Of a stretch of DNA of 64,000 bases, positions 8,853 to 17,388 are shown piece after piece. The stretch comes from Gemmatimonadota bacterium. Its GTDB lineage: Bacteria; Gemmatimonadota; Gemmatimonadetes; JACCXV01; JAHWKZ01. A program made the translations under genes and the position numbers. The notes beneath the pieces are model-generated. The model saw nothing but the letters and a program-made list of their open reading frames with translations, did not search any database and had not been told where the DNA came from. The stretch covers positions 12,060 through 76,059 of the forward strand of contig DASRVA010000023.1 in assembly GCA_035687745.1 (NCBI GenBank). The letters run 5' to 3'. Numbering within the stretch: position 1 is the stretch's first letter; every line of letters starts with the position of its first letter.

Positions 8853-9847
8853 TCGCTCTTCCACTTCTCTTCGGTGGAGTGCCCAGGGAAGGCGCGCGCG
8901 TCCGGATCGATAAAGGTCTTGGCGAAGTTGACCGCGACCGCCGCCTCGCCGAAGCCGGTGGCGATCAGGTCCAGCTTGCCGTCGTGATCGGTGACGTCCC
9001 CGGCCGCGTAGACGCCCGGCAGGTTGGTCTCCATCCGCTCGTTGACCACGATCCCGTTCTTGTGCATCTCCAGGCCCCACTCCTTGATCGGACCCAGGTC
9101 GGCCTTGAACCCGACGTTGATGAGGAGCGAATCCACCTGATGGATCTGCTCCTCGTCGGTCCGGTTGTCGAAGATCGTCACCTCCTCGAGATGGCTGTTG
9201 CCGGCCACCGAGCGGACCTCGTAGTGGGTCATGATCCGGCAGAAGCCGCCTTCCTGGACGTACTTGATCGTCGCCTCGTGGGCGCGGAACCCCTCGCGCC
9301 GGTGAATCAGGGTCATCGACCGGGCCACGTCCTCCAGGTTCTGCGCCCAGTCGAACGCGCTGTCGCCGCCGCCGACGATCATGATCCGTTTCCCGGCGAG
9401 CGCCTTCTTGTCCCGGACGAGGTACTGGACGCCGCGTCCCTCGAAACTCTCGAGACCCTCGACCTTGAGCCGCCGGGGCTCGAAGGCCCCGATCCCGGCC
9501 GAGATCACGATCGTCCGGGTGCGGTACGCGCTCTTGTCGGTGGTGAGGAGCCAGACACCGTCATCCTCCCGTTCCAGCGTGCGCACGGTCTCACCGAGGA
9601 CCACGCTCGGCTGGAACTGGAGCGCCTGGTCCACCAGTCCGGTGGCCAGGTCCTTGGCCAGGATCTTCGGGAAGCCGCCGACGTCGTAGACGTACTTCTC
9701 CGGATACAGGGTCATGAGCTGCCCACCGAGCTCCTCGAGGGAGTCGAGGATCAAGGTCTTCATGTGCCGCATTCCGGCGTAAAAGGCGCCGAAGAGGCCG
9801 GTCGGGCCGGCGCCCAGGATGGCGACGTCGTAGATCTCGTGGGTCAT
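8849..9847 (-). CDS. Ferredoxin-NADP+ reductase, thioredoxin-reductase-like type (YumC-like)
   Basis: High similarity along its length to B. subtilis YumC (LYPEKYVYDVGGFPKI, LIATGFGEAAVAVNFAK, two GxGxxG motifs). Confidence 0.85.
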   Translation of the reverse strand: MTHEIYDVAILGAGPTGLFGAFYAGMRHMKTLILDSLEELGGQLMTLYPEKYVYDVGGFPKILAKDLATGLVDQALQFQPSVVLGETVRTLEREDDGVWLLTTDKSAYRTRTIVISAGIGAFEPRRLKVEGLESFEGRGVQYLVRDKKALAGKRIMIVGGGDSAFDWAQNLEDVARSMTLIHRREGFRAHEATIKYVQEGGFCRIMTHYEVRSVAGNSHLEEVTIFDNRTDEEQIHQVDSLLINVGFKADLGPIKEWGLEMHKNGIVVNERMETNLPGVYAAGDVTDHDGKLDLIATGFGEAAVAVNFAKTFIDPDARAFPGHSTEEKWKSE

Positions 9848-9857
9848 CGAAACGTCC

Positions 9858-10310
9858 TCAGAGCGTGTCGAGAAGGCGCTGCAGCGTGACGAGAAGCTGC
9901 CGCTGCCCCTGGATCCCCAGGGTCGCGGTCACGCGGTGCCGGAGCCGGGTCTGCCGATCGGTCAGGACGCGCTCCAGCTCCCGGGCGCGCGGAGTCAAAT
10001 ATAGCCGCTTCACCCGGTGGTCCGAAGGGTCCCTGTCGAGCCGTACGTAGCCGTCCTGGACGAGTCCGCGGACGATCGTCGTCATGGACGACTTGGCGAG
10101 CCCCGCACTGGCCGCCACCTCGCTGATCGGCAGCCCATCCTCGTCGAACAGGGGCAAGAGAACCTGGCAGGTCGTGCCCGTCACCCCGGGGAAGCCGGCC
10201 GCCCGACACCCCTCCACCAGCCGCTGGAGCCAGCGCTCCGCCCCTCCGGCGAGAAGGGCGCCGAGATCGGGGTTCCCCGCCACGGAGGGATAAGTACGCA
10301 TTCGAACCAA
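9858..10310 (-). CDS. MarR family transcriptional regulator
   Basis: Winged-helix region LPISEVAASAGLAKSSMTTIVRGLVQDGYVRLDRDPSDHRVKRLYLT. Confidence 0.8.
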   Translation of the reverse strand: MVRMRTYPSVAGNPDLGALLAGGAERWLQRLVEGCRAAGFPGVTGTTCQVLLPLFDEDGLPISEVAASAGLAKSSMTTIVRGLVQDGYVRLDRDPSDHRVKRLYLTPRARELERVLTDRQTRLRHRVTATLGIQGQRQLLVTLQRLLDTL

Positions 10311-10342
10311 TCACCGTCAAGGGGCAACGGTTCGCAGGCGTA

Positions 10343-10744
10343 CTATTCGCCCGGCCCCCCGAGAGCCATGAGAATCGGGTGGTTGGCCCCGGGCATGTCC
10401 AGTCTCCGGCACTCCTCCGGCGTGACCCACCGCCAGCGGGTCGATTCGGGCGCCGACGGCGTCCCGCCCGGCGCCAGCGGCGCGCAGAGGTACGCGTACA
10501 GGGCGACCCGGCGATCGGGGTAGGCATGACAGTGGGCCGACAGGAGCTCGCCGACCCGGACCGCCATCCCGGTTTCTTCGGCGACCTCGCGGGCCACGGC
10601 CGCCTCGCGCGCCTCGCCGGGAGCGATCTTCCCGCCCGGAAACTCCCATACCGCCCCCAACCCCGGGTCGCGTTGGCGCTTCTGGACCAGGACCCGGCCG
10701 GCCTGGACGACGAGCCCCAGGGCGATCTCGTCCGGCTCCCTCAT
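10343..10744 (-). CDS. NUDIX hydrolase (MutT-like)
   Basis: Nudix box GGKIAPGEAREAAVAREVAEETG. ATGA overlap with the upstream gene. Confidence 0.85.
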   Translation of the reverse strand: MREPDEIALGLVVQAGRVLVQKRQRDPGLGAVWEFPGGKIAPGEAREAAVAREVAEETGMAVRVGELLSAHCHAYPDRRVALYAYLCAPLAPGGTPSAPESTRWRWVTPEECRRLDMPGANHPILMALGGPGE

Positions 10745-12594
10745 GACGCGCGGCTCGGGGAGGGCGACTTCACGACGAACGCCTCGATGGCGAAGTAGGC
10801 CGGCAGGCCCAGCTCCTCGAGCATGCCCGCGGTCCCCCGGTTTCTATCCTCGACCCGCTTCCAGAACTCGCGCTCATCCGGACCCGGGAAGGGCGCCTTG
10901 TCCTTCTGTGATTCGTGCTTGAAGATGGCGAGGATCTTACGTCTCAGCTCCGCCTCGGAAAGCGGCACGAGCACGCTGGCCTCGCTGACCGGCCACTCCT
11001 CCCACGCGCCACGGTACAGCCAGAGTTCGGGAGTTGGCTGGCCGTAGCGCTGAAGCGCCCTTTCAACGGCCTCAAGGCACATTCGGTGGGTGCCGTGAGG
11101 GTCCGAGAGATCGCCGGCGGCGAACACCATGTCCGGCCTCACCTCCTCGAGCAGCCGGTGGACGAGCTCCACGTCGCGCTCGCCGATCGGATCTTTGCGC
11201 ACCTGACCGGTCCGGTAGAAGGGCAGGTTCATGAACCGCGCCCTGTCACGGGGAATCCCCAGCGAGGCGAGCGCCGCCACCGACTCCGACTCGCGGATGG
11301 CGCGCTTGATCTCCTGGACCTCGGGGATATCCACCTGGCCCGGCGTCTTCACATCGAGGAAGGATTCGATGCGGTCTCGCAGCTCCATGAGCGGGGCGAC
11401 ATCCAGATCGAACCCGCGCTCCACCCTCTCCATCAGATCCAGGTATCGTCGCACCTCGTAATCGAATACGGCGATGTTCCCGGAGGTCTGGTAGGCGACG
11501 GTGATCTCGTTGCCGTTCGATTGAAGCTTGTGGAGAATCCCGCCCATCGAGATCACGTCGTCATCCGGGTGTGGCGAAAAGACGAGGATCCGACGACCCG
11601 AGGGGAGCTTGCTCCGGCCACGGATCTTGGCCATCAGCGTGTTGAACACCTCTCCGTTGATGGGCCCCGCCGAGCCATGGCGGGCGATCAGCATGCTGAG
11701 GTGGTGGTCCCGGTAGTCCTGGTCACTGAGCCGGAGAATCGATTTGCCGGCCTGCCCGCTCAGCCAGATCACGGCTTGGATCTCACGCCGCGGCGACCAT
11801 TCCACCTCGTCCAGGAGCCACGGCGTCCCGACCCGGGTCAGCTCCGCCGCCGCCGGAGGATCGAGGAAAATCGTCGCGTTGGGATGCTCCTGGACATAGG
11901 TCGCGGCGACATCGGGAGAGATCGGACCTTCCACGGCGCGCCGCACGATGCGCGCCTTGTGCTCGCCGGTGACCAGCAGCAGCACTTCACGTGCTTCGAG
12001 GATCGTGGCCACCCCCATCGTGATCGCGCGCGACGGCACGCTATCCTCGCCAAAGAAGTCCGCCGCGGCATCCCGGCGCGTGATCGTGTCGAGGTACACG
12101 ACCCGGGTCCTCGAGTCGCGGCCCGAGCCTGGCTCGTTGAATCCGATGTGGCCGGTCCGGCCGACCCCCAGGAGCTGGATATCGATGCCGCCCGCGCTGC
12201 GGATCGCCGCTTCGTAGCGGCGGCATTCCTCCTCCACATCCGTCTCGGGAACGTCGCCCCGCGGCAGGTGCACGTTCGCGGGATCGATGTCGATACGCTC
12301 GAAGAAGTTCTCCCACATGTACCGGTGGTAGCTGTGGAGGCTCTGCGGCTCCATGGGGAAGTACTCGTCGAGATTGAACGTGACGACGTGCCGGAAGGAG
12401 AGCCCGTCCTCGCGATGCATCCGGATCAGCTCGCGGTAGACGTCGAGCGGCGTCGAACCGGTGGCAAGCCCGAGCACGGCGGGCCGGCCGGCGGCGTCGC
12501 CGGCGCGGATCAAGGCCGCGATCCGCTCAGCCACGACCACGCCGAGCTCCGCGAAGTTCTCGATCACGACGGTCTGGATCCGCTCCGGGCTCAC
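10741..12594 (-). CDS. Fusion protein: glucosamine-6-phosphate deaminase/isomerase (NagB-like) N-domain plus LmbE/PIG-L family N-acetylglucosaminyl deacetylase C-domain
   Basis: N-terminal half: LGLATGSTPLDVYRELIRMH...GVGRTGHIGFNEPGS (NagB fold). C-terminal half: ILVFSPHPDDDVISMGGIL...DPHGTH (LmbE-like). Confidence 0.8.
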   Translation of the reverse strand: MSPERIQTVVIENFAELGVVVAERIAALIRAGDAAGRPAVLGLATGSTPLDVYRELIRMHREDGLSFRHVVTFNLDEYFPMEPQSLHSYHRYMWENFFERIDIDPANVHLPRGDVPETDVEEECRRYEAAIRSAGGIDIQLLGVGRTGHIGFNEPGSGRDSRTRVVYLDTITRRDAAADFFGEDSVPSRAITMGVATILEAREVLLLVTGEHKARIVRRAVEGPISPDVAATYVQEHPNATIFLDPPAAAELTRVGTPWLLDEVEWSPRREIQAVIWLSGQAGKSILRLSDQDYRDHHLSMLIARHGSAGPINGEVFNTLMAKIRGRSKLPSGRRILVFSPHPDDDVISMGGILHKLQSNGNEITVAYQTSGNIAVFDYEVRRYLDLMERVERGFDLDVAPLMELRDRIESFLDVKTPGQVDIPEVQEIKRAIRESESVAALASLGIPRDRARFMNLPFYRTGQVRKDPIGERDVELVHRLLEEVRPDMVFAAGDLSDPHGTHRMCLEAVERALQRYGQPTPELWLYRGAWEEWPVSEASVLVPLSEAELRRKILAIFKHESQKDKAPFPGPDEREFWKRVEDRNRGTAGMLEELGLPAYFAIEAFVVKSPSPSRAS

Positions 12595-12720
12595 GATCGA
12601 CGGAATGTAACCCCGGGCCGCGTTCGTTGACGTCGCCGGCGGTCGACGCTATTCGTTGGCCGGCCCGGCCGCCGTCGGGAGCCGGGAACTCCCACCTCCG
12701 CTGGAAGGGATGCGCCCCCC

Positions 12721-13110
12721 ATGGAACTCCGCTGCCCGCAGTGCGGGACGGTCTACGACGTGAGCGGCTATGCGCCCGGCCACACGTTCGCGTGCGCCTG
12801 CGGCCAGACCCTCAAGGTCTCGGCAGCGCCGGTCGGCGGCGCGCCCCCGCAGGTACGCGGGCCCGACCCGGGCCTGCCGGGCCTCGTCAAGGCGCTCGTC
12901 TTCTTCGCCAACCTGTGCTTCAGCCCGCTCTCGGCGATCATCGCGCTCATCGTGTGGCTCCTGATCCGCGACGACAAGCCGCGCACGGCCGACGACCTCT
13001 GCAAGTTCACCTGGATCCCGTTCGTGCTCTGGATCCTGCTGGTCGGGCTGTACATGGTGTTCGCGGTCATGTTCGGGTTGATGGATTCGATGGGAGGGCT
13101 CGGCCAGTGA
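12721..13110 (+). CDS. Zinc-ribbon domain membrane protein (hypothetical)
   Basis: N-terminal CPQCG...CACG zinc ribbon followed by two hydrophobic helices. Confidence 0.6.
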   Translation: MELRCPQCGTVYDVSGYAPGHTFACACGQTLKVSAAPVGGAPPQVRGPDPGLPGLVKALVFFANLCFSPLSAIIALIVWLLIRDDKPRTADDLCKFTWIPFVLWILLVGLYMVFAVMFGLMDSMGGLGQ

Positions 13111-13532
13111 CGGACTGCTTCCTGGCGCGGGCGGGTTCGGCCCGGCCGCCCGGCGCGCGACCGCCGATCCTGCGTCCGGGCCCTGGGCTCAGGAGCCCCG
13201 TCGCGCTCGCGCTCGGCTGCCACGGCCACCCGGACCGGTGCCTAGGGTGGCGAGGCCACCCGATGCCGGTCTGTGCGCGCTGCACGGGGATCCTGATCGG
13301 GAATCTGGCCGCGCTACCGTGGTTCGCCGCCCACGGGCTCCCCGGGACGGGTCCGGCGCTGGCGGGTCTGGCGCTGCTCCTCCCGGCCGCGCTGGACGGC
13401 GGCCTCCAGCTCGCGACCCGTTACCGGAGCGGTCCCGCGCGCCGTCTCTCGACCGGCCTCGCGGCCGGCTTCGGCCAGGCCCTGCTCGCACTGGGCCTCC
13501 TGGCCGCGCTGTTCGGTCTCCCTACGGGCTGA
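13107..13532 (+). CDS. DUF2085 family membrane protein
   Basis: CHGHPDRC...PVCARCTGI motif typical of DUF2085. The start is uncertain: the GTG at 13107 overlaps the upstream TGA (GTGA), and an alternative ATG lies at 13263. Confidence 0.55.
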   Translation: MTDCFLARAGSARPPGARPPILRPGPGLRSPVALALGCHGHPDRCLGWRGHPMPVCARCTGILIGNLAALPWFAAHGLPGTGPALAGLALLLPAALDGGLQLATRYRSGPARRLSTGLAAGFGQALLALGLLAALFGLPTG

Positions 13533-13536
13533 ACCA

Positions 13537-14091
13537 ATGGCGTGGATCCGGACGATCGACGAGAGCGACGCGGAGGGACCGCTGGCCGAGCTTTATCGCC
13601 GGCTCCAGCGGGCCGACGGCGGCGTGGACAACATTCTCAAGATCCATGGGCTGAACCCGCCTTCTCTCACCGGCCATTACGACTACTACCGCACGATCAT
13701 GCGCGGCCCTTCGCCCCTCACGCGCGCTCAGCGCGAGATGATCGCGGTCGTCGTATCAGCCGTGAACCAGTGCCACTATTGACTGGTCCATCACGGAGCG
13801 GGTCTCCGTAAGCTCACGAAGGATCAGGATCTGGTGGCCGCTCTGGCCGACGACTACAGGCAGGCCAGGCTGAGTACGGCGGATCGAGCGATGCTCGATT
13901 ACGCGGTCAAGCTGACACGCGAGCCCTGGGGTATGGAAGCCGCCGACCTCGAGCCTCTGCGCGAAGCCGGCTTCGTGGACGCTGCGATCCTCGACATCGC
14001 CCAGGTCACCGCGTACTACGCCTACGTGAATCGGCTGGCCGATGGGCTCGGCGTGGAACTGGAAGACTACTGGAATCAGATCAAGTCCTAG
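13537..14091 (+). CDS. AhpD/carboxymuconolactone-decarboxylase-family (peroxidase-related) protein with an in-frame TGA in the CxxC motif (candidate selenoprotein, CxxU)
   Basis: Track ORFs 13537..13782 and 13834..14091 are in one frame, separated only by the TGA at 13780..13782. The translation reads VNQCHY-[TGA]-LVHHGAGLR, matching the AhpD-like N-x-C-x-x-C-x-x-x-H active-site motif with the second Cys replaced by TGA. Full length 184 aa is typical for the family. Confidence 0.65.
13793..13809 (+). other. Candidate bacterial SECIS hairpin downstream of the AhpD-like in-frame UGA
   Basis: Stem ACGGAG/CUCCGU with apical loop CGGGU, beginning 10 nt after the UGA. Confidence 0.4.
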
Positions 14092-14266
14092 GGCCTCTTC
14101 CGCTGGACCCATCCAGACCATCCGTTTCAGAACTGATCTTGACCCTTGGGCTCGGGATCAAGGCGCCACTGAACTTCTCGGTCTTCTCGGCGTCGGCCGG
14201 AGCGTTTCTGTTAGCGGCGCGCCCACGAGCGTAGACTCGAGGACGGAGATGAAAAGCTGGATCGGG

Positions 14267-14476
14267 TCATGACCCGGCGGGGGCGTTCTCCGTCGGCGGG
14301 TGTCCTTCGGCGGGCTCCTCGTGTTCCACGCTTGCGGCCGGACCGCGGTCTACGGGCGGCACGGCCGTCGCCGCGGCGGCGTACCCGCCTCCGGTCGATT
14401 GGAGGTTCGGCCGCTCCAGCCAGCAGGCGGCGGCCAGCGGCAGGAGGCCCAGGGCGGCGATTCGAACGACACGCAT
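14267..14476 (-). CDS. Small putative lipoprotein (hypothetical)
   Basis: MRVVRIAALGLLPLAAAC signal peptide with a lipobox, followed by a low-complexity tail. Weak support. Confidence 0.3.
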   Translation of the reverse strand: MRVVRIAALGLLPLAAACWLERPNLQSTGGGYAAAATAVPPVDRGPAASVEHEEPAEGHPPTENAPAGS

Positions 14477-14632
14477 CGTTCCGCGCGGGAGCCTAGCGGG
14501 AGGCACCGCAAAGCGCCACGCGGGCCGAGCTGCCCGCTCGACCGTGCCCGTGGCCCTGAAGGCCGTTCGATCAGGAACGCCCAGTATCGTATACTATGGC
14601 ACGAATGGTGCGACGAGCGGACCGATCGTCCG

Positions 14633-15736
14633 ATGTGGCTACCGGCCGCCCTCCTCGCCCTCTGGCTTTCCGTTCTGCCCCACCTGCTCGCCGTCCTGGG
14701 CTCCCCGCCGAAGGTCGTGCCGGGCGGGTCCGGACCAGCCAATGGCCTGAGCATCGCGGCGAGCCGGGGCGACTCGACCGCCGAGCAGGTGGTGGCTGTC
14801 CTCCACCTCCGCAGGGAGAACCTCCCCCACGCGATCCGGGGCGAGATCTATCCGGTCGCGCGGATCGTCGGCGACCGCTACGAGGATGCGCTCGTCACCG
14901 GACCGAATCCGCTCACCGACGAGTCGCCGTCACCCCTCGCGAGGAGCGCGCTCGATTCCGCCCGCGCCTTCACGGTCTACGACCGGGGGGCGCCCATCGG
15001 GACCTTTGCCGTCACCGACATCGGTCCCGCCGTCTACAGCTGCCGCGGAGTCATGGTCGGGTTCGGCCGCCTGGAGATCCCCGAGCGTTACGTCCGCTTC
15101 GGTCGCTTCGATCCGCGTGTCCACTCTCTCAGCGTGTCCGGGCAGGGCGTGCGGTACGAGTACACGCTCAACTACTACCTGGCCCTCGGCCGGCCCGTCC
15201 CGCAGGACGGGTTCCGCGCCGACTCTACCGCCGACCGGAGCGCGGCATCGCGGCTTCGCGCGGCTGTCTGGACCGAGGGCGTGAAGGCGCTCAGCGAGTA
15301 CGGCGAGGGTCCCTGGCTCCCCGGCGCGCGGTGGGAGAACCCGCGCTGGAGCCTGGAGGAGGGTTTCCAGGTCTTCGACCTGGACCGGGACGGGCGGATG
15401 GAGGGAATGGGCGTCCTGGAAGCGATCGTCACCGACGAGGGGGCTCCGATCGACGCCGGTCTCGGCCCCAGCCAGTACGTGGCGACGGCCATCGTATGGG
15501 CGTCGGACCGCAGCGCGGAAGGCCGCCCGTCACCGCTTCTCGTCCTGCGCCACGCGCGCGAGGTCCGGCACTGGAACTTCGGCTACCACCTGGCCGAGGT
15601 GATGGACCTCGACGGCGACGGCCGGGCCGAGCCCTTCTACCAGGTCGAGGCGTGGGAGTACTACGGGTTCCAGATCTACGCGCTGCGAGGGGAGCGGCTG
15701 GAGGAGGTCTTCAACGGCGCGGGATACGGCTGCTGA
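14633..15736 (+). CDS. Secreted hypothetical protein
   Basis: The ATG at 14633 gives the signal peptide MWLPAALLALWLSVLPHLLA. The upstream part of track ORF 14300..15736 is low-complexity and probably not coding. Confidence 0.6.
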   Translation: MWLPAALLALWLSVLPHLLAVLGSPPKVVPGGSGPANGLSIAASRGDSTAEQVVAVLHLRRENLPHAIRGEIYPVARIVGDRYEDALVTGPNPLTDESPSPLARSALDSARAFTVYDRGAPIGTFAVTDIGPAVYSCRGVMVGFGRLEIPERYVRFGRFDPRVHSLSVSGQGVRYEYTLNYYLALGRPVPQDGFRADSTADRSAASRLRAAVWTEGVKALSEYGEGPWLPGARWENPRWSLEEGFQVFDLDRDGRMEGMGVLEAIVTDEGAPIDAGLGPSQYVATAIVWASDRSAEGRPSPLLVLRHAREVRHWNFGYHLAEVMDLDGDGRAEPFYQVEAWEYYGFQIYALRGERLEEVFNGAGYGC

Positions 15737-15821
15737 TCGCTCGGCGCCGTCGTTCCACTTTCCTTGGCTGGCTTCACCACGACAGCAGTCCGCTCATCGA
15801 GCTTCAGATGAACAGGGAGTG

Positions 15822-16217
15822 TTATGAGTCCGCCCACCAGTTCTCCACCATCTCGCCGTCCGCGGCGCCGGTGCGCGGGGCGCCGAAGACGAGGATCTCG
15901 ATCCCCTCGGGCCCGGCCTCGAAGCAGCGCATCTTCTCGGGCGCCACCCGCACGGCATCCCAGGCCCGCAGCTCCCTCACCTCGTCGTCGATCTTCACCC
16001 GCCCGCTGCCGCTGACGATCACGTAGAGCTCCTCCTGCACCTCATGCTTGTGCCCGAAGGGGGAGCGGAAGCCGGGCGCCAGCCGCTGGTAGCTGACGCC
16101 TGACTTCTGCATCTCCAGCGGCTCGTTGGCGAAGCGGGCCTCGAGGTTGGGGGCGAGCCCGAACTTCGGCGCCTGATCCTCGACTTCCTTCAGGTTCACG
16201 ATCGTGTATCCGGACAA
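15822..16217 (-). CDS. Cupin domain protein
   Basis: Conserved cupin barrel motifs (GHKHEVQEELYVIVSGSGRV). Confidence 0.8.
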   Translation of the reverse strand: MSGYTIVNLKEVEDQAPKFGLAPNLEARFANEPLEMQKSGVSYQRLAPGFRSPFGHKHEVQEELYVIVSGSGRVKIDDEVRELRAWDAVRVAPEKMRCFEAGPEGIEILVFGAPRTGAADGEMVENWWADS

Positions 16218-16268
16218 GGGATTCCTCCTGGTTGGAATGAAGGTGCGGAGCCTTCGGAAGCGACGACC

Positions 16269-17360
16269 TCAGCCTCCCGGCAGCACCCGGTAGAGGGCCT
16301 GCATACCCCCCACGATGTGGTCGTCGACGTGGCAATGGAACATCCAGATCCCCGGGTTGTCGGGCACCATGTCGACCTCCAGCGTGATCCCCGGCAGAAG
16401 GCCCACCGTGTCGGTCCGGAGTCCGGCTTCGATCCCGGTGTTGCCGTGCCAGTGCGCGGTGTGGATGTCGGCCTCGTTGCCGAGCCCGAGCACGTACCAG
16501 CGGACGCGCTCCCCCGCCCGCATCGTCATCACCGGCATGTTCCCGTACACGTAGCCGTTGATCGCGTGGAGGAGGTTGCTCTCGACGAACCCCTCCTCGT
16601 CGACGTCGACGCCGTCCGGATCGCCGGCATGGGCGCGGACGTTGGCATCCAGGTACGGGCTCAGGTTCTCGTCGTAGATCTTGAACAGCGTGACGAACTC
16701 GCGGTCCACGTCGGACGGCGTCGCGTCCTCACGCGCGCGATCGCGCGCGGTCACCACGATCGCCCCGATCAAGCCGGCGTTGGTGTCGCCCGGGGTCGAA
16801 ACGTGGGAGTGGTAGAGCCATACGACCGAGCTGGGATCATTGGGTCCGGGACCCGCGCGCTCGGGGACGGGCCACACGTAGGCGTGGGTTCCACCGGGCG
16901 GCACGCGGTCGTCGAGCGTGTCGGGGCCGGAGGTGCCATCCGCGCCGCCGGCGCCTTCCGAGTCCTTCGCGTAGAAAACGCCGTGGGGGTGGACGCTGAA
17001 CGGGAAGCGGGTCCGGTTCCGGAAGACGACCCGGAGCGTGTCGCCGACGACCGCCCGAAGGACGGGACCCACCGCGCCCAGGTGCTCCCATTCCGGCGGG
17101 ATCGGCATCGGGGTCGTGAACGTGCTGTCGGTGTAGACCCGGTAGAAGGCCTTCGTGTAGACGCGCCCGATCCGGTGCGGGCCGGACGCGACGAAGGTTT
17201 CCTCCATCGGTCCGAACGGCATCCCCATGACGAGGTTCCGGCCCGCCGGCGCGTAGTCCCACTCGACCTCCACGGCGGCCAGGTACGTCGTCCGGGTGGT
17301 CGGGCGAAGCGGCTCCCGGGCGTGAGCCGGCGGCGGGCCGGCCAGGTGGGCCAGCGTCAT
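16269..17360 (-). CDS. Multicopper oxidase (two-domain type)
   Basis: Copper ligand motifs HPHGV, WLYHSH, HTAHWHG, HCHVDDH. Confidence 0.8.
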   Translation of the reverse strand: MTLAHLAGPPPAHAREPLRPTTRTTYLAAVEVEWDYAPAGRNLVMGMPFGPMEETFVASGPHRIGRVYTKAFYRVYTDSTFTTPMPIPPEWEHLGAVGPVLRAVVGDTLRVVFRNRTRFPFSVHPHGVFYAKDSEGAGGADGTSGPDTLDDRVPPGGTHAYVWPVPERAGPGPNDPSSVVWLYHSHVSTPGDTNAGLIGAIVVTARDRAREDATPSDVDREFVTLFKIYDENLSPYLDANVRAHAGDPDGVDVDEEGFVESNLLHAINGYVYGNMPVMTMRAGERVRWYVLGLGNEADIHTAHWHGNTGIEAGLRTDTVGLLPGITLEVDMVPDNPGIWMFHCHVDDHIVGGMQALYRVLPGG

Positions 17361-17388
17361 AACGGCGGCGAGGAGCGCGCGAATGGCC

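Noticed and set aside
8849-9847. FNR-like flavoprotein as a bacillithiol-disulfide reductase (YpdA) linked to the LmbE gene
   Set aside because: The sequence is collinear with YumC-type ferredoxin-NADP reductase rather than YpdA. There is no BshA/BshC-like gene.
3926-13782. Alternative explanation of in-frame TGAs as a reassigned code (TGA=Trp/Gly) or as pseudogenes
   Set aside because: TGA terminates many genes here (numerous GTGA/ATGA junctions), so the code is standard. Each interrupted gene has exactly one TGA, on the catalytic Cys, with intact flanks, a strong SD and a downstream hairpin, unlike a decaying pseudogene. Sequencing error cannot be excluded, but it would have to hit two catalytic Cys codons independently.
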